From the human T2T-CHM13v2.0 reference genome, Homo sapiens: DNA of 64,000 nt. The stretch's first letter is position 1, and every line of letters starts with the position of its first letter. The position numbers and the translations under genes are program-made. The notes under the pieces are model-generated. The model ran no database searches. It worked only from the letters and a program-made list of their open reading frames with translations, and was not told where the DNA came from. The stretch lies in NCBI RefSeq assembly GCF_009914755.1, contig NC_060927.1; one strand, written 5' to 3'. Shown here in pieces: positions 34,856 to 52,530 of the stretch.

Positions 34856-36569
34856 CCAATTTTCATAACTTCTAAGAGGTATAACCGTCCCTGATTTGGG
34901 GGCTTCCATGGGGATCCTGAACTTTAGGCTGGCAGGGATTCAAAGAAGTCAGGGAGAAGGAAGTCGCTTTCTCAGGTACGGTTACAAAGGTTCCTCTGCT
35001 GAGCCCATAAAACTCACCACCACTTTCATGGCTACTCCAGCAAAGGAGACATTCCCCCTCAGCCCCCATGTCACACACTTGTCAGACCATACACTATCCT
35101 TCCATCTGTTAAACTAAGGTGGCTATACTGGCTTTTCAAACCTCACACTGCTGTATATAAACGCCCAGGCTCAGGCATGGGGTGGCCTGAGGCTCGTGCC
35201 TAGGCAGCTCACTCACAGCTCGGGACAGGAGCAAGGGCTGTCTTTGTTCCTGAGCAGCGTTCCTATTGCTGTGGCCTGGCAGAAGCACCTTGCCCTCCAT
35301 GTGGCAGATGGGCAGAAAGTTTGGGCAGACTGTATGCCTGGCTCAAAGCCCCAGAAGGACACACAAATGTCTTTGTGGTGGACGCCAGGGCTGAACTGTG
35401 CCACAGAGAGCCTTGTGATATCTTTTAAAAAGGACGAGGCATCTTTCCTTTCAAAGGAAAACCCATGTTTCAGAACCACTAGGGAGTAAGTAGCCAGACA
35501 ACATGAAATCATTATCCTTTGTCCCTCTGGGACTGAGTGTGAGGTTGCAAATTTCCCAAGGAAAGCATGTGATTTCTTTCTGTAAGGAGTGATTCATTTG
35601 AGAAAAGTCTACTTTGTTCTGCTAGTGTCAGGGAATTAGAATGAGCAGCCTGAACATATAAACCAGAGCAATGTCCCCTATGATCACACTGAAAAAAAAG
35701 AGCCCAAATCTTTAAAAACTTTGTGAAACAGGAGGGAGTAATGATGTTCAGAGTTTCCCGATGCAGACTCTTTTAAATATTTTAATGTTGCTTAACATAA
35801 TGTCAACTTGATGCTTAAAAGTCAGATTTATATTCATTCTAAAGTGGCAATACATTGCTGCTGAGTTTTAACATTGTTAGCTTAGATTTGGAAAGAACCA
35901 TTATTCCATTTTAAATTAAAATCTCACGTTAGCCCTCATTCTGAATCCACAGGTCCTTACTTAAAATCTGTTGTGCCAAACATGAGCCTGGTGTGAGCAG
36001 AAGGTAGCTTCATTTATTTTTCACGGTGGCTCATCTGGATTTGCAGGAAGGAACCAGGTCAGCATAGGGCAGTCAGCTGCCCTCCACCCAGAGGCCAGGA
36101 TGCCACCTGGGAAGTTCTGAGGCAACACATCTTTAGGACAAACTTTAACTGAAGGGTACCTAGGCCCTCCTCTTGGGAAGAGGCCATGTCTTCATTACCT
36201 TGCCCCAAGTCCCAAGAAGTAAGACCACTTTCCTTTCCTCTCTCCCCCAGCACCATCCTCCCCAGCTCTTTTTTTTTTTTTTGCAACCTGGTTTGAACAC
36301 ACTATCTCCAGCTCTTGGGGTCTCCCCTCCTGTCAAGCCTGGTGCTACCTTCCCAGATTACCTTTCTTTATTGTCCTTGTAGAAAAGCCCATGAGCTCTT
36401 TCCATGTAATATTTTTACGATTTACTGCAGACAGACTGAAAGAAAGTCAACAAATATGGGAAAAAAGTTTTTTTAAAAAAATCATAAAATTGCAGAATGA
36501 TTATTATAAGAATGAAAATGAGGTCATATAGAAAAAGTTTCCAACCCAAGAAAATAAAAGAATTGGTAG

Positions 36570-36976
<407 letters not shown>

Positions 36977-36979
36977 TCA

Positions 36980-38225
36980 GCAGTGTGCAATAGAAATATA
37001 ATGCCAACCACATATGTAGTAAAACTTTCTAGCAGCCACATTTTTAAAAAGTAAAAAAACACAGGTAAAATTTATTTTAATAACATGTCTTATTTAACCA
37101 GAAATGATCATTTCAACATGTAATCAATATAAAAAGTTAATAAGATAGCTTATGCTGTGGTTTGAATGTCCCCTCCAAAACTCATGTTAAAATTTAATTG
37201 CCAATGTAATGGTATCAGGAGGTGGGGATTTTAAGAGGTGATTGGGTTTCGAGGGCTCTGCCCTAGGATTAATGCAGTTAATTGTGGAAGTGGGTTAGTT
37301 ATTTTGGAAGTGGGCTCCTGATAAAAGGATGAAGTTTAGCCCCCATCTCTCTCCCATGTGCTTGCTTTCCTTTCTACCATGATATGATTCAGCAAGAAGA
37401 ATTTCACCAGATGCAATCCCTCAATCTTGGCCTTCTCAGCCTCCAGAACTGTGAGCCAAATAAACTTCTATTGTTTATAAATTACACAAATTACCCATTC
37501 TGTGGTATTCTATTACAGCAGCAGAAAACAGACTTGCAATTTTATTTTTATTTTTATTTTTTTAACAGAAGGTCTTGCTCTGTCACTCAGGCTGGCGTAC
37601 AGTGGCACAATCATAGCTCACTGCAGCCTTGAACTCCTGGGCTCAAGCAATCCTCCCGCCTGAGCCTCCCAAGTAGTTGGGACTATACTATAGGCGCAGG
37701 CCACTATGCCCAGCTGCAATCTTTTTTACATACTAAGTCTATGAACTCTTTTTTCTTCATCTTTTTTCTTTTTATTTGTGTTTTGTTTGTCCTAGTCTAC
37801 GAACACTTTTTTTTTTTTTTTTTGAGGTGGAGTTTTGCTCTGTCGTCCAGGCTGGAGTGCAGTGGCACTGTCTTGCCTCACTGCAACCTCTGTCTCCCGG
37901 GTTGAAGTGATTCTCCTGCCTTCACCTCCCGAGTAGCTGGGATTACAGGTGCCCACCACCATGCCCAGCTAATTTTTGCATTTTTAGTAGAGACGGGGTT
38001 TCACCATGTTGGCCAGGCTGGTCTCGAACTCCTTCCTGACCTCAGGCGATCCGCCTTGCCTTGACCTCCCAAAATGCTGGGATTACAGGTGTGAGCCACC
38101 ACGCCTGGCCTTGTGAACTCTTATATGTATTTTACTTGTAGAGCATGTCTCGATTTGGACCAGCCACATTTCAAGTGCCCTACAGCTACATATGGATAGT
38201 AGGTGTCATACCAGACAGCACAGGC
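36980..38225. mobile_element. MER33 (hAT-Charlie) interrupted by an MST LTR (37153-37533), an Alu monomer (37540-37715) and an AluS (37807-38110)
   Basis: caatagaaatataatgc...tcatttcaacatgtaatcaatataaaa...gccacatttcaagtgc; MST ends tgctgtggtttgaatgtcccctccaaaactcatgtt...gcagcagaaaacagact. Confidence 0.82.
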
Positions 38226-38363
38226 CTAACATGTCTTATTTTATTTAATCCTCCCCACAAGATGAGAACTATTACTATTGCCATTTTATAAACAGGGAAA
38301 CTGAGGCTAGGAGCAGTAAGTAACTTGTCAAAAGTGATCAGTAATGAACAGTGGTTTTATTAA

Positions 38364-38698
<335 letters not shown>

Positions 38699-39759
38699 CA
38701 CTTCCTACTTTCATAACCTTAAGCAGGTTGCTTCAAGTCCCTTAGCCTCAATGTCCCCCTGACTGGAGTAAATGAGATAAAACAATACCTACTGTTAGAG
38801 TGGTTGCAAGGATGAGAGATCATGTATGTGGAGGCCTATCAAGTGGCTGGCACATAAAAAAGGCTTAATAAGTGTTGGTTGTTCTAATAGAAAGGACTGG
38901 GCATCATGTCTCTGCTCAAGGTAAATGAATAACTGCTTCCTCAGTCTATGAGCCTGAAATGGGCACCTCCTCCTCTTGTCAACAATCTTTCCCCATGCCC
39001 AGCACCCTCATGCACACTCTTGGCTGCCCCAGACCCAAACTGTCCAGTCACCAGTTCCTGCCTCCCAGAACAGCCCCACATTCCTCCTCAGACCCAGTAA
39101 TCTCCCCGACCCCTGTCCTTTTCTCTGAGAGACCTGCTTTCTACCGTTAAGCTAATGGAATGTGTCTATTCCAGTTATCTATTACTACATAAACATAACC
39201 CCCAAATTTAGTGACTTAAAACAACAACACTTACTTTGTTCACAAATCTGCAACTTGGGCATAAATTCAATGGCCAAATTTGAGAGGTAGTTTGTGTACC
39301 TATTCAGTGCCAGGCACTATGCAGGTTCTGTGGACATAGAAATGAAGCAGATTTAGAATCCCAGCCTCGAGGAAAATAAGAATCTGGCAGGAATCTTCTC
39401 ATGGAGGTGCCGCTTTGCCCCCCATGTCAGCCATTCTGCTCCTCAGGAAGGTCACGCCTCAAGGATTCCTTGTGAATCCAGGTAGCATCAGTGACTATAC
39501 TTCCACAGACTTGAGAACCCATGGTGAGGCCGGAAGACTGTAATGTAGATAAGGGTTTAGGTGGGACAGCTGTTTGGAAAATGTGCTAAAAGGGATTCCT
39601 ATTAAATGATTCCATCTTATTCCTGAAGCTGGATTTTTTTTTTTTTTTTTTTTTACTTAAAAAACTTAGCTATGGTTATACTTCCTCATAATTGTACTTT
39701 TAAATATCCCCTATTCTACTTTAGGTAAAAATGGTTAATTTAAAAATTTCAACATCTTC

Positions 39760-41545
39760 TAGGGGCTTTTGGTTCAAGATGGCTGCCTAAACATGTGTGT
39801 ATATCTCTTCCTTACTTAATCTTTGTGAAATGGCGGAAGAAATATAACAATGACACTAACCAACAGCAGTGCTGGGAGCTGGGTGGAATGCCACCAAGAG
39901 ATGAGAGAACAGTGAGGAACAGAGGTGGGATGAGCAGCAAAATCTTATGAAACTGAAGGACTCAGCCTTATATAACCCAGAGAAAGTGCTCCCCACAAAA
40001 GTAAAATTTCCCAGCAGAACCAAGGAAAAACCCTAAGAAAAGAGGAGTCAGAGCCAGAGGAAGGAGTGAGCAATGGGTAGTCCAGTAGATCATTAATGAA
40101 AGGGCAGCAAAACTAGGCCCTCCCCTTCAGAGGCTAACTCTGGAATAAGCCCCTTGGGAAATGCTGTGAGGACCTAGTTATAAAAAGAAGGTTCCCCTCA
40201 GGAAACTCCCTGAGTGGTATTGGGTGTACTACTCCTTGGATAGTGCCTTAGGTAACCTTTGCTGCCAGCAGGACCTGGTAGCTCCATATCTAGGAGACAC
40301 TGGAGAGGAGAGACCACTTGGTTGCATATGCTGCCTCCTGTCCCTTCACCTCTTTCTGGAGCAAAGGCTCACCTCATAAGAACATGCATTGGCTGTCAGG
40401 GGAACAAGGAGTGTACCATTCCATCTAGACCATCATCTACAAATAGAAACAGACACCCAAACATTATCAGATACTTGAGGAAAATCAATAGCATGGAAGA
40501 GAGTCATCTAAATTAATACAAGAAAGAAGAAAGCCTTAAATTATGTATCGTGAGTCTCCTCAGAGAAAGTCAAAGTTAGAAGACCCATAATAGACCTGGA
40601 GAACACATTCATAAGTTATATAAAGAAAGGACTATTATCCACAATATACAAAGAGAGCCTACAAGTCAATAAATGAAAAACAAACATCCTGATAGAAAAC
40701 TGAGCAAAACTGAGTTTTCTATCAGTTTCCTGATAGATACCTGGGCAACATAGCAAGACCCCATCTCCACTAGAAACAACAACAAAAAAAGCCAGGCGTG
40801 GTGGCATATGCTTGTAGTCCTAATTACTTGGGAGGCTGAGGTGGGAGGATCCCTTGATCCCAGAAGGTTGACAGTATAGTGAGCTATAATCATGTCACTG
40901 CACTCCAGCCTGGGCAACAGAGTGAGACCCTGTCTCTCAAAAGACAAAACAAAACAAAAATAACAACAAAAACTGAGCAAAGGGTAAGAATAGGGAATTA
41001 ATGGGAAAAAGAAATGCAGGCAACCTGTAAAAGGAAACACTTAGTTTTATTGGCAATTAGGGAGGTACAAATTAAATGAGATAATTTTGCTAATCAAATT
41101 GGTAAGTTTAAAAGGTTAATAAAATACAGTATTGGTGAAGATGTATGTAAGCAGGAACTCTCATATGCTCTTGATGTTATAAGGTAGCAAAGCTGTTTTG
41201 GGAAGGCAATTTGGCAATGCCTATCAAAATTTTAAATGTTCATAGTCTCTGACCTAGCAGTTCTACTTCAAGTAATCTAATTTACAGAAATAATTGCACA
41301 CATGCACAAAGATACAAGTAAGAGGAAATTTATTGCCTCAGTTTTTTTCAACAGTAAAAAACAAAATGTAAACAACCCAAACGTTCAATAATTCAGGCAT
41401 GATTAACTACATGTAGTAATACACGTGCAGTGTCTGCAGCAATGCAGTTGCTTTTTAAAAGTGACAGAACTATATATTCTGACATAGAAAGACCTCTAAC
41501 TGTATTTAGTAGAAAACAAAAAAGTCACATGTAGTGTGATCCCAC
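39760..41545 (+). mobile_element. Old L1M fragments containing a 5'-truncated AluJ (40740-40970)
   Basis: ttcaagatggctgcc (L1M 5' motif); ggcaatttggcaatgcctatcaaaattttaaatg (L1ME 3' end); Alu TSD AAAACTGAGCAAA. Confidence 0.75.
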
Positions 41546-41549
41546 TTCT

Positions 41550-42010
41550 TTCATTCATTCAACAAATGTATTGACTTATGGCTATGTGGTGGACCCTGGG
41601 GTAGAGGATGGGGATTCATCAGTGAAGGTAATGTTCTAGTGGGAGTGCTAGACAACAAACAAATCAATGAATACATCACAAGACAACCACGGCTTGTGAG
41701 CAGCTCTATGAGAGAATAAAGTGGGCAAAGAAAGGGGGTGATTGGGGAAACCACTCTGGGGCAGGCTGGGAAGGCTGCTCTGAAAGGTGACATTTTTAGG
41801 AGATGTTGAAGGATTCGAATAATTCAGCTGAGTGGGGAGCTATACAGAGACCCTCTTGGGCAGAGAGAAAATAAGCACAAAGGCCTTCAAGAGGCAAAGA
41901 GCTTAGCGTCTTCAAGCAAGAGAAAGGAGCAAACACAGTGACGGCAGACATGGTGTGAGGAGGCAGAAGAGGACAGGGGACAGCCCGACAGTAGAATGTG
42001 TGGAGAAATG
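41550..42010 (-). mobile_element. L2 3' end
   Basis: tcattcattcaacaaatgtattga terminus...ctctgaaaggtgacattt. Confidence 0.75.
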
Positions 42011-42828
42011 GCTGGTGCAACCAAGTCAAAGTTGCAAGCAGGGGAGCAGGCACTGGGGTGGGGACAAGGCACTGATAGGCTGAGTACTGAACATTCCTGA
42101 CGTGGGTGTCAACATTACCAACAATGAGGACAGGCCTCAAATGTAAGGAAAACGGTAAGCCGGGAGATTAAATACTCCATGAAGCAAGTAAATGAGAAGG
42201 CAGCTGGTGGAGGGCTGTGTGAGGTGATGCCAGGGGGTAGAGGGAGCTGTCAAGCCCTTCCAAAGTTGTTTAGGTATTTGCAAGAGGAAGGAGGTGGCAT
42301 GGTTTAGCAATAGCTCTGGGGATCAAAGTGGACATCAACTCTCTTCCCATCCTAATGCCCGCTCCCCCCCACATTTTTTAATGCATAGAAAATGGCCTGA
42401 AATGATATGCACCAATCTAGTAACCATAGATACTTTGGGTGTGGAGCTGGAAGTGGAAAGGGATTGAAGGGGATTTTCTCTTTTGACTTTATATTTCTGT
42501 TTGGTTGGTTTTTTTAAAACAATGAATGGATATGCATGACTTGTGCCTTTTTAAAAAAATAAAAATGGAGGATAGGATTAATGGTGGGGGAAGCCAACAT
42601 AACATTACACCACCCCCATGAAAACTATTAACAGAATAATTTTCACAGAGAATAGTAATTTTTGGAGTATATGAGTTCTCATTACTGAGTTCCTCCAATC
42701 CTATAAAATCACCAACTAGACTCCTTTGATGGCGGAGCTACCTTCATGTTCCTGGTCCTTGTTCTAACGCCAGAAATAAACAGTGGGGGCCTATTTAATA
42801 ACTGATTGGGTATCAAGACATTCTCAAG

Positions 42829-43120
42829 TTTTTTATTTTTATTTTTATTTTTTTGAGACAGGGTCTCACTCTGTCTCCCAGGCTGGTATGCAGTGATCAT
42901 GGCTCACTGCCTCAACCTCCCAGGCTCAAGTGATCCTTTCACCTCAGCCTCCCCAGTAGCTGGGACTACAGGTGTGCACAACTTCACCCGGTTAACTTTT
43001 CCTTGTTTTTAGAGATGGGGTACTATGTTGCCCAGGCTGGTCTCGAACTCGCGGTCTTAAGCGATCTGCCTGACTCAGCCTCCCAAAGTGTTGGGATTAC
43101 AGGTGTGAGCCACCATGACC
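42829..43120 (-). mobile_element. Alu SINE (AluJ-like)
   Basis: TSD CATTCTCAAGTTTT. Confidence 0.92.
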
Positions 43121-44069
43121 ATTCTCAAGTTTTAAAAGAAAAGTGTCACTATGAATCTGTCATCCTAAAACTTAACTTGATAAAGTGAAAAAGAATTATC
43201 TTTTGAAGCTATAATCAAAAAAGGAGAGTTGTGAGATGTTGGATGATTCTGAATCTGTCTCTATTAAAGTACAATATCATTGGGTGTCTCCGCAATCCTC
43301 TACCTGTCTTCCTTTCTGGGGAGACACCTTTATTGGGCGCCAGCAGAACAGTCCAAGAGAAAGAACTGTCTTAATGATGAACATCTTTCAGGAGCCATCT
43401 CCCTGTGCAGAGCTGCCTCCCTAGCAGCGTTTGTGGTTTAGGTTGAGTGTGGTTCCCGCCTGCATGTGGTTTACAATCTATCAGGCTTCTCAGGAGGAGG
43501 CTGTGCCAGACACCCTCAGAATGCTAGCATTTCAATGCTGCTCTCTAGCCCCTCCCCAAAATGTTTCGAATCCAGATCACTATGAGTGGGGCTCAGGAAT
43601 CTACACTTTTAACAAGATTCCCTAAGCGACTCTTCTGCACAGTGAAGTTTGAGAAATATTGATGTAGGGGCTGGACTAAGGTTGTGAAGGGTCATTTCAG
43701 GGCATAATCATCAGCATTTGTGCAGTTCATAAAGTTTGCTTTCCTTCTTCCTGGGCATGTAGTTTGACAAGTGCCATTTATTAAGTTATATACTTAAACA
43801 TAAAGAAGTAAAGAAAATTATCGGGACAAAGTTGTTGCATTGTTTCTGAAGTTAGACAAAAAAAATTTAATGTAAGCTAAATTGAAACAGGATGTATCTG
43901 TTGAGTTTTACATGTGATTAAATGGATTTTCAAATATTTTCCAAAAGTCAAGTTAAGAAAAGTCATCTCTCAAATTCCTGAGTGCTCTGAACTCTGGTGT
44001 TTAACCTTTAGATCCTCGTACTCAGTTCCCAAATCCAGAGGCTAAACCTGAAATGACAATGCCAGATGT

Positions 44070-44072
<3 letters not shown>

Positions 44073-44101
<29 letters not shown>
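44073..44101. repeat. (CA)n microsatellite
   Basis: Direct observation. Confidence 0.95.
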
Positions 44102-44103
<2 letters not shown>

Positions 44104-45232
44104 TATTTTGCTCTTCTTAAAATAAACAAGGAAATTTAGGCACACGAGGCAGAATCGGATCCCAGCTATTACATAGCCTTGTTTGTGGAGCAAATGAAAA
44201 AATCATTACATGTTTTATTACCCTTCAGAATCTATTTACAACCATGTAGTCATTCTGAGTTTGGATTTTCCTTTGAAATAAAAAGCCCTGTAACAAAAAA
44301 TAAAAGAGAGGGATACTGTGTTGGAAGACTGGCGATGAAACTATAAGAAAATCAAAATAAATTATACCATTGTTATTGTTTAAGATTCGTTCAATATTCA
44401 CTTAAAAAAATAGGATCCAGGCAACATTCTAGGCACTCAACAACAGCAGTGAATAAAACTAAACAATCATCCTTATTCTTGTGGGGTCTTATTCTAGTTG
44501 GAAAGGAGATAAATACACAAATATATAGAATATCGTGTGTTGAGAGATGCTATGAAGAAAGATTAAAGCAGGGTTAGGGAGAATTGAACAAGGTAGAGGG
44601 GACACTTAAACAGAAAGGTGGCTTAGTAAACCTGGGCTTGCTCTAGGCTATGCCCTTATGGAGAAATCTTTTGTAAGTCAGCTCTTTAGGTGACAACCAA
44701 GAGGAAGCAAGTTCTGCTCTTTACCAGTCTTCTAAGAGAAAGTCTCCAAGTTGTGGGGTTGCACTCTTTCCCATGCCAGATTATTCCATCTTTGCCAGGA
44801 GGAACAATGTCACCCATAAAGAATTTTTATTGGGAAGAGTCCATTGACTGACCTCTCTGCTCTCCATTCCCTGAGCTTTTAATGGCAAAGTCTCCTTGCT
44901 TCCGGGGAAAACACCCTCGATGGGCACACAATTGCTTTATAAATATTTAAAAGGACAGAGAACTTGGCTTAGGAAGCTGGTTTACCTAGAACAGTATTGA
45001 CTATGCCAAACTGTAGGAAATCCCCTTCCTAAAATCCCAGCATCAATGTATTTGCAAAGGCTGTTTAACGGAAACAGGTAGCCCTCTGAGGGATGCTTGC
45101 TTTTGGTGAAAAAAAAAAGTGTAAAAAAAGACTGGCTGGAAAAAATAATCTCATGGTGGAACTTGAGGCATGGAGAGGAGCTGTTTGAGGCCAAAGTGGG
45201 ATTGTAAGAAGATGTCTAATTCACATCAATAG

Positions 45233-45720
<488 letters not shown>

Positions 45721-45946
45721 TTGCATAGTTGGAATGTCACTTCTCATTCTGTGTCCCTAAGGTCAAAGCTACCGTTAAGAGAGGTGTTGCAGTACCCAGA
45801 ACAAACATAGGTCCTCTACAGAGCCTTAGAACTGCTGAACCCCAAGAGTCTCCTGGGTCGGCCTTCAATCCAACCCCCATGCAGTTCTTTCTCTAAGCAT
45901 GGAGTCCACCACTGAAATACTCAAACACAGGGCAGTTCCCATCTGA

Positions 45947-47740
<1,794 letters not shown>

Positions 47741-47859
47741 TTACATAGGAGCCATTTACTCAAATTTTTCACCTCAGGTATGTGAAAAACAGGGTCCCAG
47801 GAGCATCAGAATAAAAAGCTATGCTCAGGGCAGCCAATATACTTAGCAATCAAGAACAG

Positions 47860-48215
47860 CACTAGAATGTGTACACTGATTGTCTGGGGGCTTGTTAAGG
47901 TGCAGACTCTGACTCAAAAGGTCTAGGACAGGGCTTGAGATTTTGCATTTCTAACAAGCTCCATACGCTGCTGGTCCCTGGACACACAGGAGTGGCAGGG
48001 CAGGGAGTCAGAGGGCTTGTGTTAGAATTTCAACTCTAAAACTGATCAGCTGTGATTTCAGATCCCTTACCTCTCTATGTCCCAGTTTCCTCATCTGTAA
48101 ATCAGGAATTTAGTTTCTACCTTGTGGGGTGGTTACGAAGATAAAACAAGAAGATGATATCTGTAGAACATTCCACACAATGCCAGGTTCACGTGAATAT
48201 CCTATAAATGTTAGA
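47860..48215. mobile_element. MER5A relic followed by a MIR
   Basis: gcttgttaaggtgcagactctgactc...tgcatttctaacaagctcc; cagtttcctcatctgtaaa. Confidence 0.7.
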
Positions 48216-49313
48216 CATTTTTCAGAAACCCAGTGCCTGTCCCCCAAGTTATACCATCCTTACCCTTCTTCAATGCCCACAAGGCTTACTGGAATCTATC
48301 AATGCCTCTCTTATTCCAACTGCCCCAAGCACAGTCCCAACTCACCTACATGTAGATGTAAATATTGTCTAAGAGGCCTCTGTTTGCATGAAGGACTGGG
48401 AAAATACTAGGTCTTTCTTTACTGGAGAAATTTACTTTGCACTTTTTTTTAAGAAGGTAAGGAATCCCTGGTTGAAATGTTAGGTTGGGGGCTGAGAATT
48501 AAAAAGTATGTTCCCGAACCCACCAAAACAATCTGCTGTGAAAACGTGTTTTAAAAACTAGTGCAAAGAAACTTGGAGGAAGAAACGAAGAAACTTGTTT
48601 GTTTCACAGATATGTCAAAGGGTTTCCTCTTCCACAGATGGAAGGAGCGGGTGGTGACTGGGAGAAAGCGGAGAGGACAGAGAAGGGGGGAAGTCAGGAA
48701 GACGCCACAGAGAGGGAGCATCCATTTACAAACTTTCTGGCACATTATGTCTTTTCTGCAAGATCTGACTGTTTGGGGAATAGAGCTTCCTGAGCAAATG
48801 TTAATTGTCTCACTTGCTAAGGTAAATCTTAACAAGGAGGAAGAAGCAAATTAGAATGAATCAAATAAAAGTTCACCTAAGTTTTGGTCCCCATGCCCCC
48901 CGCCTTTCCCCCCACCCCCCCCAACAGTGGAGGAGGATGAATGGAGAGCGGAAGGTGGGCTCTGCCTTCTGATGATGACAGGAACATGCGCACCTAGGCA
49001 GGTGCTGTGGCTCAAGCCCAGCATTTTCCTCCAGGATGACTGTCTCAAGGGCAATTGCATGGCTTAATTATACAATCTAGTTGTCAGCTGTCAGTCAGAG
49101 CCTTGACTGAAGGGTGGTTATGGCTGAGATGGAGACAAGGAAGAGCGAGATGATTCCAAAGATTTCTGGGGCTTTTCTCAGATTTTCCTAAGGTGCAACT
49201 CAGCTGCTGGCCTTCCTTGCGCTGTGGTCCACCTGCCGCAGCCTGGCATCATGAAAGTCCTTCTCAGGCTATAGTTTTGTTTTGTTCCCATGAGTGGCAT
49301 CAGGGACCCCTGA

Positions 49314-49645
<332 letters not shown>

Positions 49646-50559
49646 TAATGCTCTCCTTCTTGAACAATGCATTTAGGCCCGCCCAACTAGATGTACAAAG
49701 ACTACAAATATCAGGGGCCAATAAATGCATGATGATGACAGCATCCAAAGGCACTGTATAGTTTACAGAGCACCCCCTCCTACCCACAACGTGACCTTAT
49801 TTGATCCTTAGTGCAGCCCGTGAGGCATGGCTTCATAGCATCATATTATAACTGAGGAAACAAGGACCAGGGAGATGAAGTGACTTGACCCAATCACACA
49901 GAAAGTGAAGTGTTGAATAATACTGAGGAAACCAAGTTTGAAATATGAAAAAGATAACATGATATCTGGTACAGAATAAATGTTCCCCAACTTAACATGA
50001 AGTTTGGTGGAATTTACATTCTGGTCAGGCTATTTTAGGCGACCAGCTTACTATTTATGTACCTCTGCTGACTTTCTCTTCTGTGGCTAGTTTGACAGCT
50101 GTTTATTCATTCACTCATTCATTCATTTATTCATTCAACAAATATTTATTGATTGACTCCTGGCTGAAACCCAAGGCGATGGGAAAGAAGACACACTCAC
50201 TGCCTGCCAGAGCCTTGAGGGGGGAGGCGGAAAGGGCAATGCGGGGTGCAGAGCAGCTGTAGACACCAGGGCGGCTGTGAGCATCTTCATGAATAATGCC
50301 CACAGACTACCCAGGGGAGTGAGAAGGAGAGAAAACCTCTGGGAGTGGCAAGAATTCTCTTCCACTGCTGATGCAGGAAACAGGAGTTTGAGTTCCAGCT
50401 TCTAAAACTGCATTTTATAACTCAATTCCTCGTGTTGTGTAGTTCTGGGTTTAGCAAAAGGCATTCTACTAGGTTTTGAGTTTGCATCTTTTTCGAGTTT
50501 GAAATTCAGTTGATGAAAATTGTTTTCATTATTTATTGTCATCTGTGCGCAGCTGGGAG

Positions 50560-50760
50560 GTTGGGCTCTGGAGTCAGATAGTCCTGACTCTGCTGCCTAA
50601 CCTCCATGTGACTTGGTTTAACTACTTAACCTCTCTAAGCCTCAGTCTTCTCATCTGTAAATTGGGGATAATAAATGCAGCTACCTTACAGGGCTGATTA
50701 AGTGAAACAGTGCAGGTGAAGTGCTCAGAACTAGTAAGAAAACAGTATGTATCAGCTAGT
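50560..50760 (+). mobile_element. MIR SINE
   Basis: acttaacctctctaagcctcagtcttctcatctgtaaattggggataata. Confidence 0.8.
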
Positions 50761-51371
50761 ATTAACACTGTACAAACCCACACCCAAAGATAATGTTTAG
50801 AAGCTTTTGAGTAGAAATAAGCTATATGAAATTTCATGAAACCACTTTTTTTCTCTTATAGCCATTTAGGCATCATAAAAGACAGTTCTGATTTTTAAAT
50901 TTTGTCATATCATTAGTTACCTTACCATAGCTTGCTGATCTTTGGAGTTTGGTTTCCTTCCTCCAATGGGTGATGTATATATTTTTAAATTGATTTCAAA
51001 GGTCTTAATGGCTTTCATATAAAGTCATAATAAATATTTCCAGGATTAGGACTATTACAGCTACCAAATTAAACATTTTATATTTCTAATAGTTGAAACA
51101 GAAGGGGAAGGCAGGAGAAAAAAAACCTCTTAGTGACTTTAGTGGCAAAGAGCTTCTGGGGAATGCACACAGTATTCACAGCTATCTTTACCGTGTGTGG
51201 GCATAAAACATGATGGCTTTGGCTGAGGTTTCTAGGGGCTCAGATACTGTTTGCCAAGTATGATTTCACACCTTGGAGAAGACCGATGCTCATCTAAGAG
51301 GTTAACACAGAGGGCACATTGGGCAGTGTCTCTTTAGATACCGTAAACATAACCTTTAAAAAAGAAACTGT

Positions 51372-51700
<329 letters not shown>

Positions 51701-52339
51701 AAGAAATTGCATGGTCACTTTGTTTGGGTATAATTGACCAACCATCTTGATTCAAAAACCAAGATTAAAAAAAATCCTTTAAAAAAAAAAGGACTTTTTT
51801 TTAAAAACAGAAACAGCAGAATGGATCCTTCCAGAACCACATGGTCCCTTAATATTGTTTTAGGACCAACTAAAGCTATTTGGAAATCAATATTTAAACA
51901 TTTTTATGAAGTGAGCCATATGTCAAACAGGACAAAAGGAGTAGAATTGTAAAGAAGAAAGCATAGAATAACTGTTTATGGTGTTAGTTCCTATGTCTAT
52001 TTGCCTCTAGGCAAAGTTTTTTTTTTATTATTGTTGATGTGATTCCTTTTATTCTGTTGTCAGTACCACTAGAGCAGGTACTTAATAAATGATTCTGATT
52101 GTTACTTTATATTCATATTGCATGTCTCACTTTAAGTACCTATTTGTTTTACGGTTATTAAAGTAATACAGTAGCAGCAATGGAAGTCTGAAAAACAGAG
52201 AAAAACAAAATAAAAATGTCTTCTCCATCCTCTAATACAACAACTGGTACTTCTGGGTCATTGCTTTACTTTTGTATGATACATACGATTTCCTACGGAG
52301 TCTCTGCAGCCAGGCTGGCTGGCTTTCCATCCCACCTCC

Positions 52340-52530
52340 CCCTCTTACCAGCTGTTTGACCTTGGCCAAGTTGCTTGAACTCTCTGTGGCTCAGTATCCT
52401 CACCTATACAATGGAGGTGATAATAGTACTCATCTCTCATGGTTATTGTGGGGATTAGCTGAAATAGTGAGTGGCAAGCTCTTGCACAGGGCTTGACATA
52501 GTGATTGCTCAATAAATGATAGGTATTGGT
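52340..52530 (+). mobile_element. MIR SINE
   Basis: gaccttggccaagttgcttgaactctctgtggctcagtatcctcacctat. Confidence 0.75.

Noticed and set aside
48561-48854. 97-aa ORF in repeat-free DNA
   Set aside because: GTG start, no recognisable homology, and overlapping ORFs of similar length on both strands; more likely regulatory DNA.
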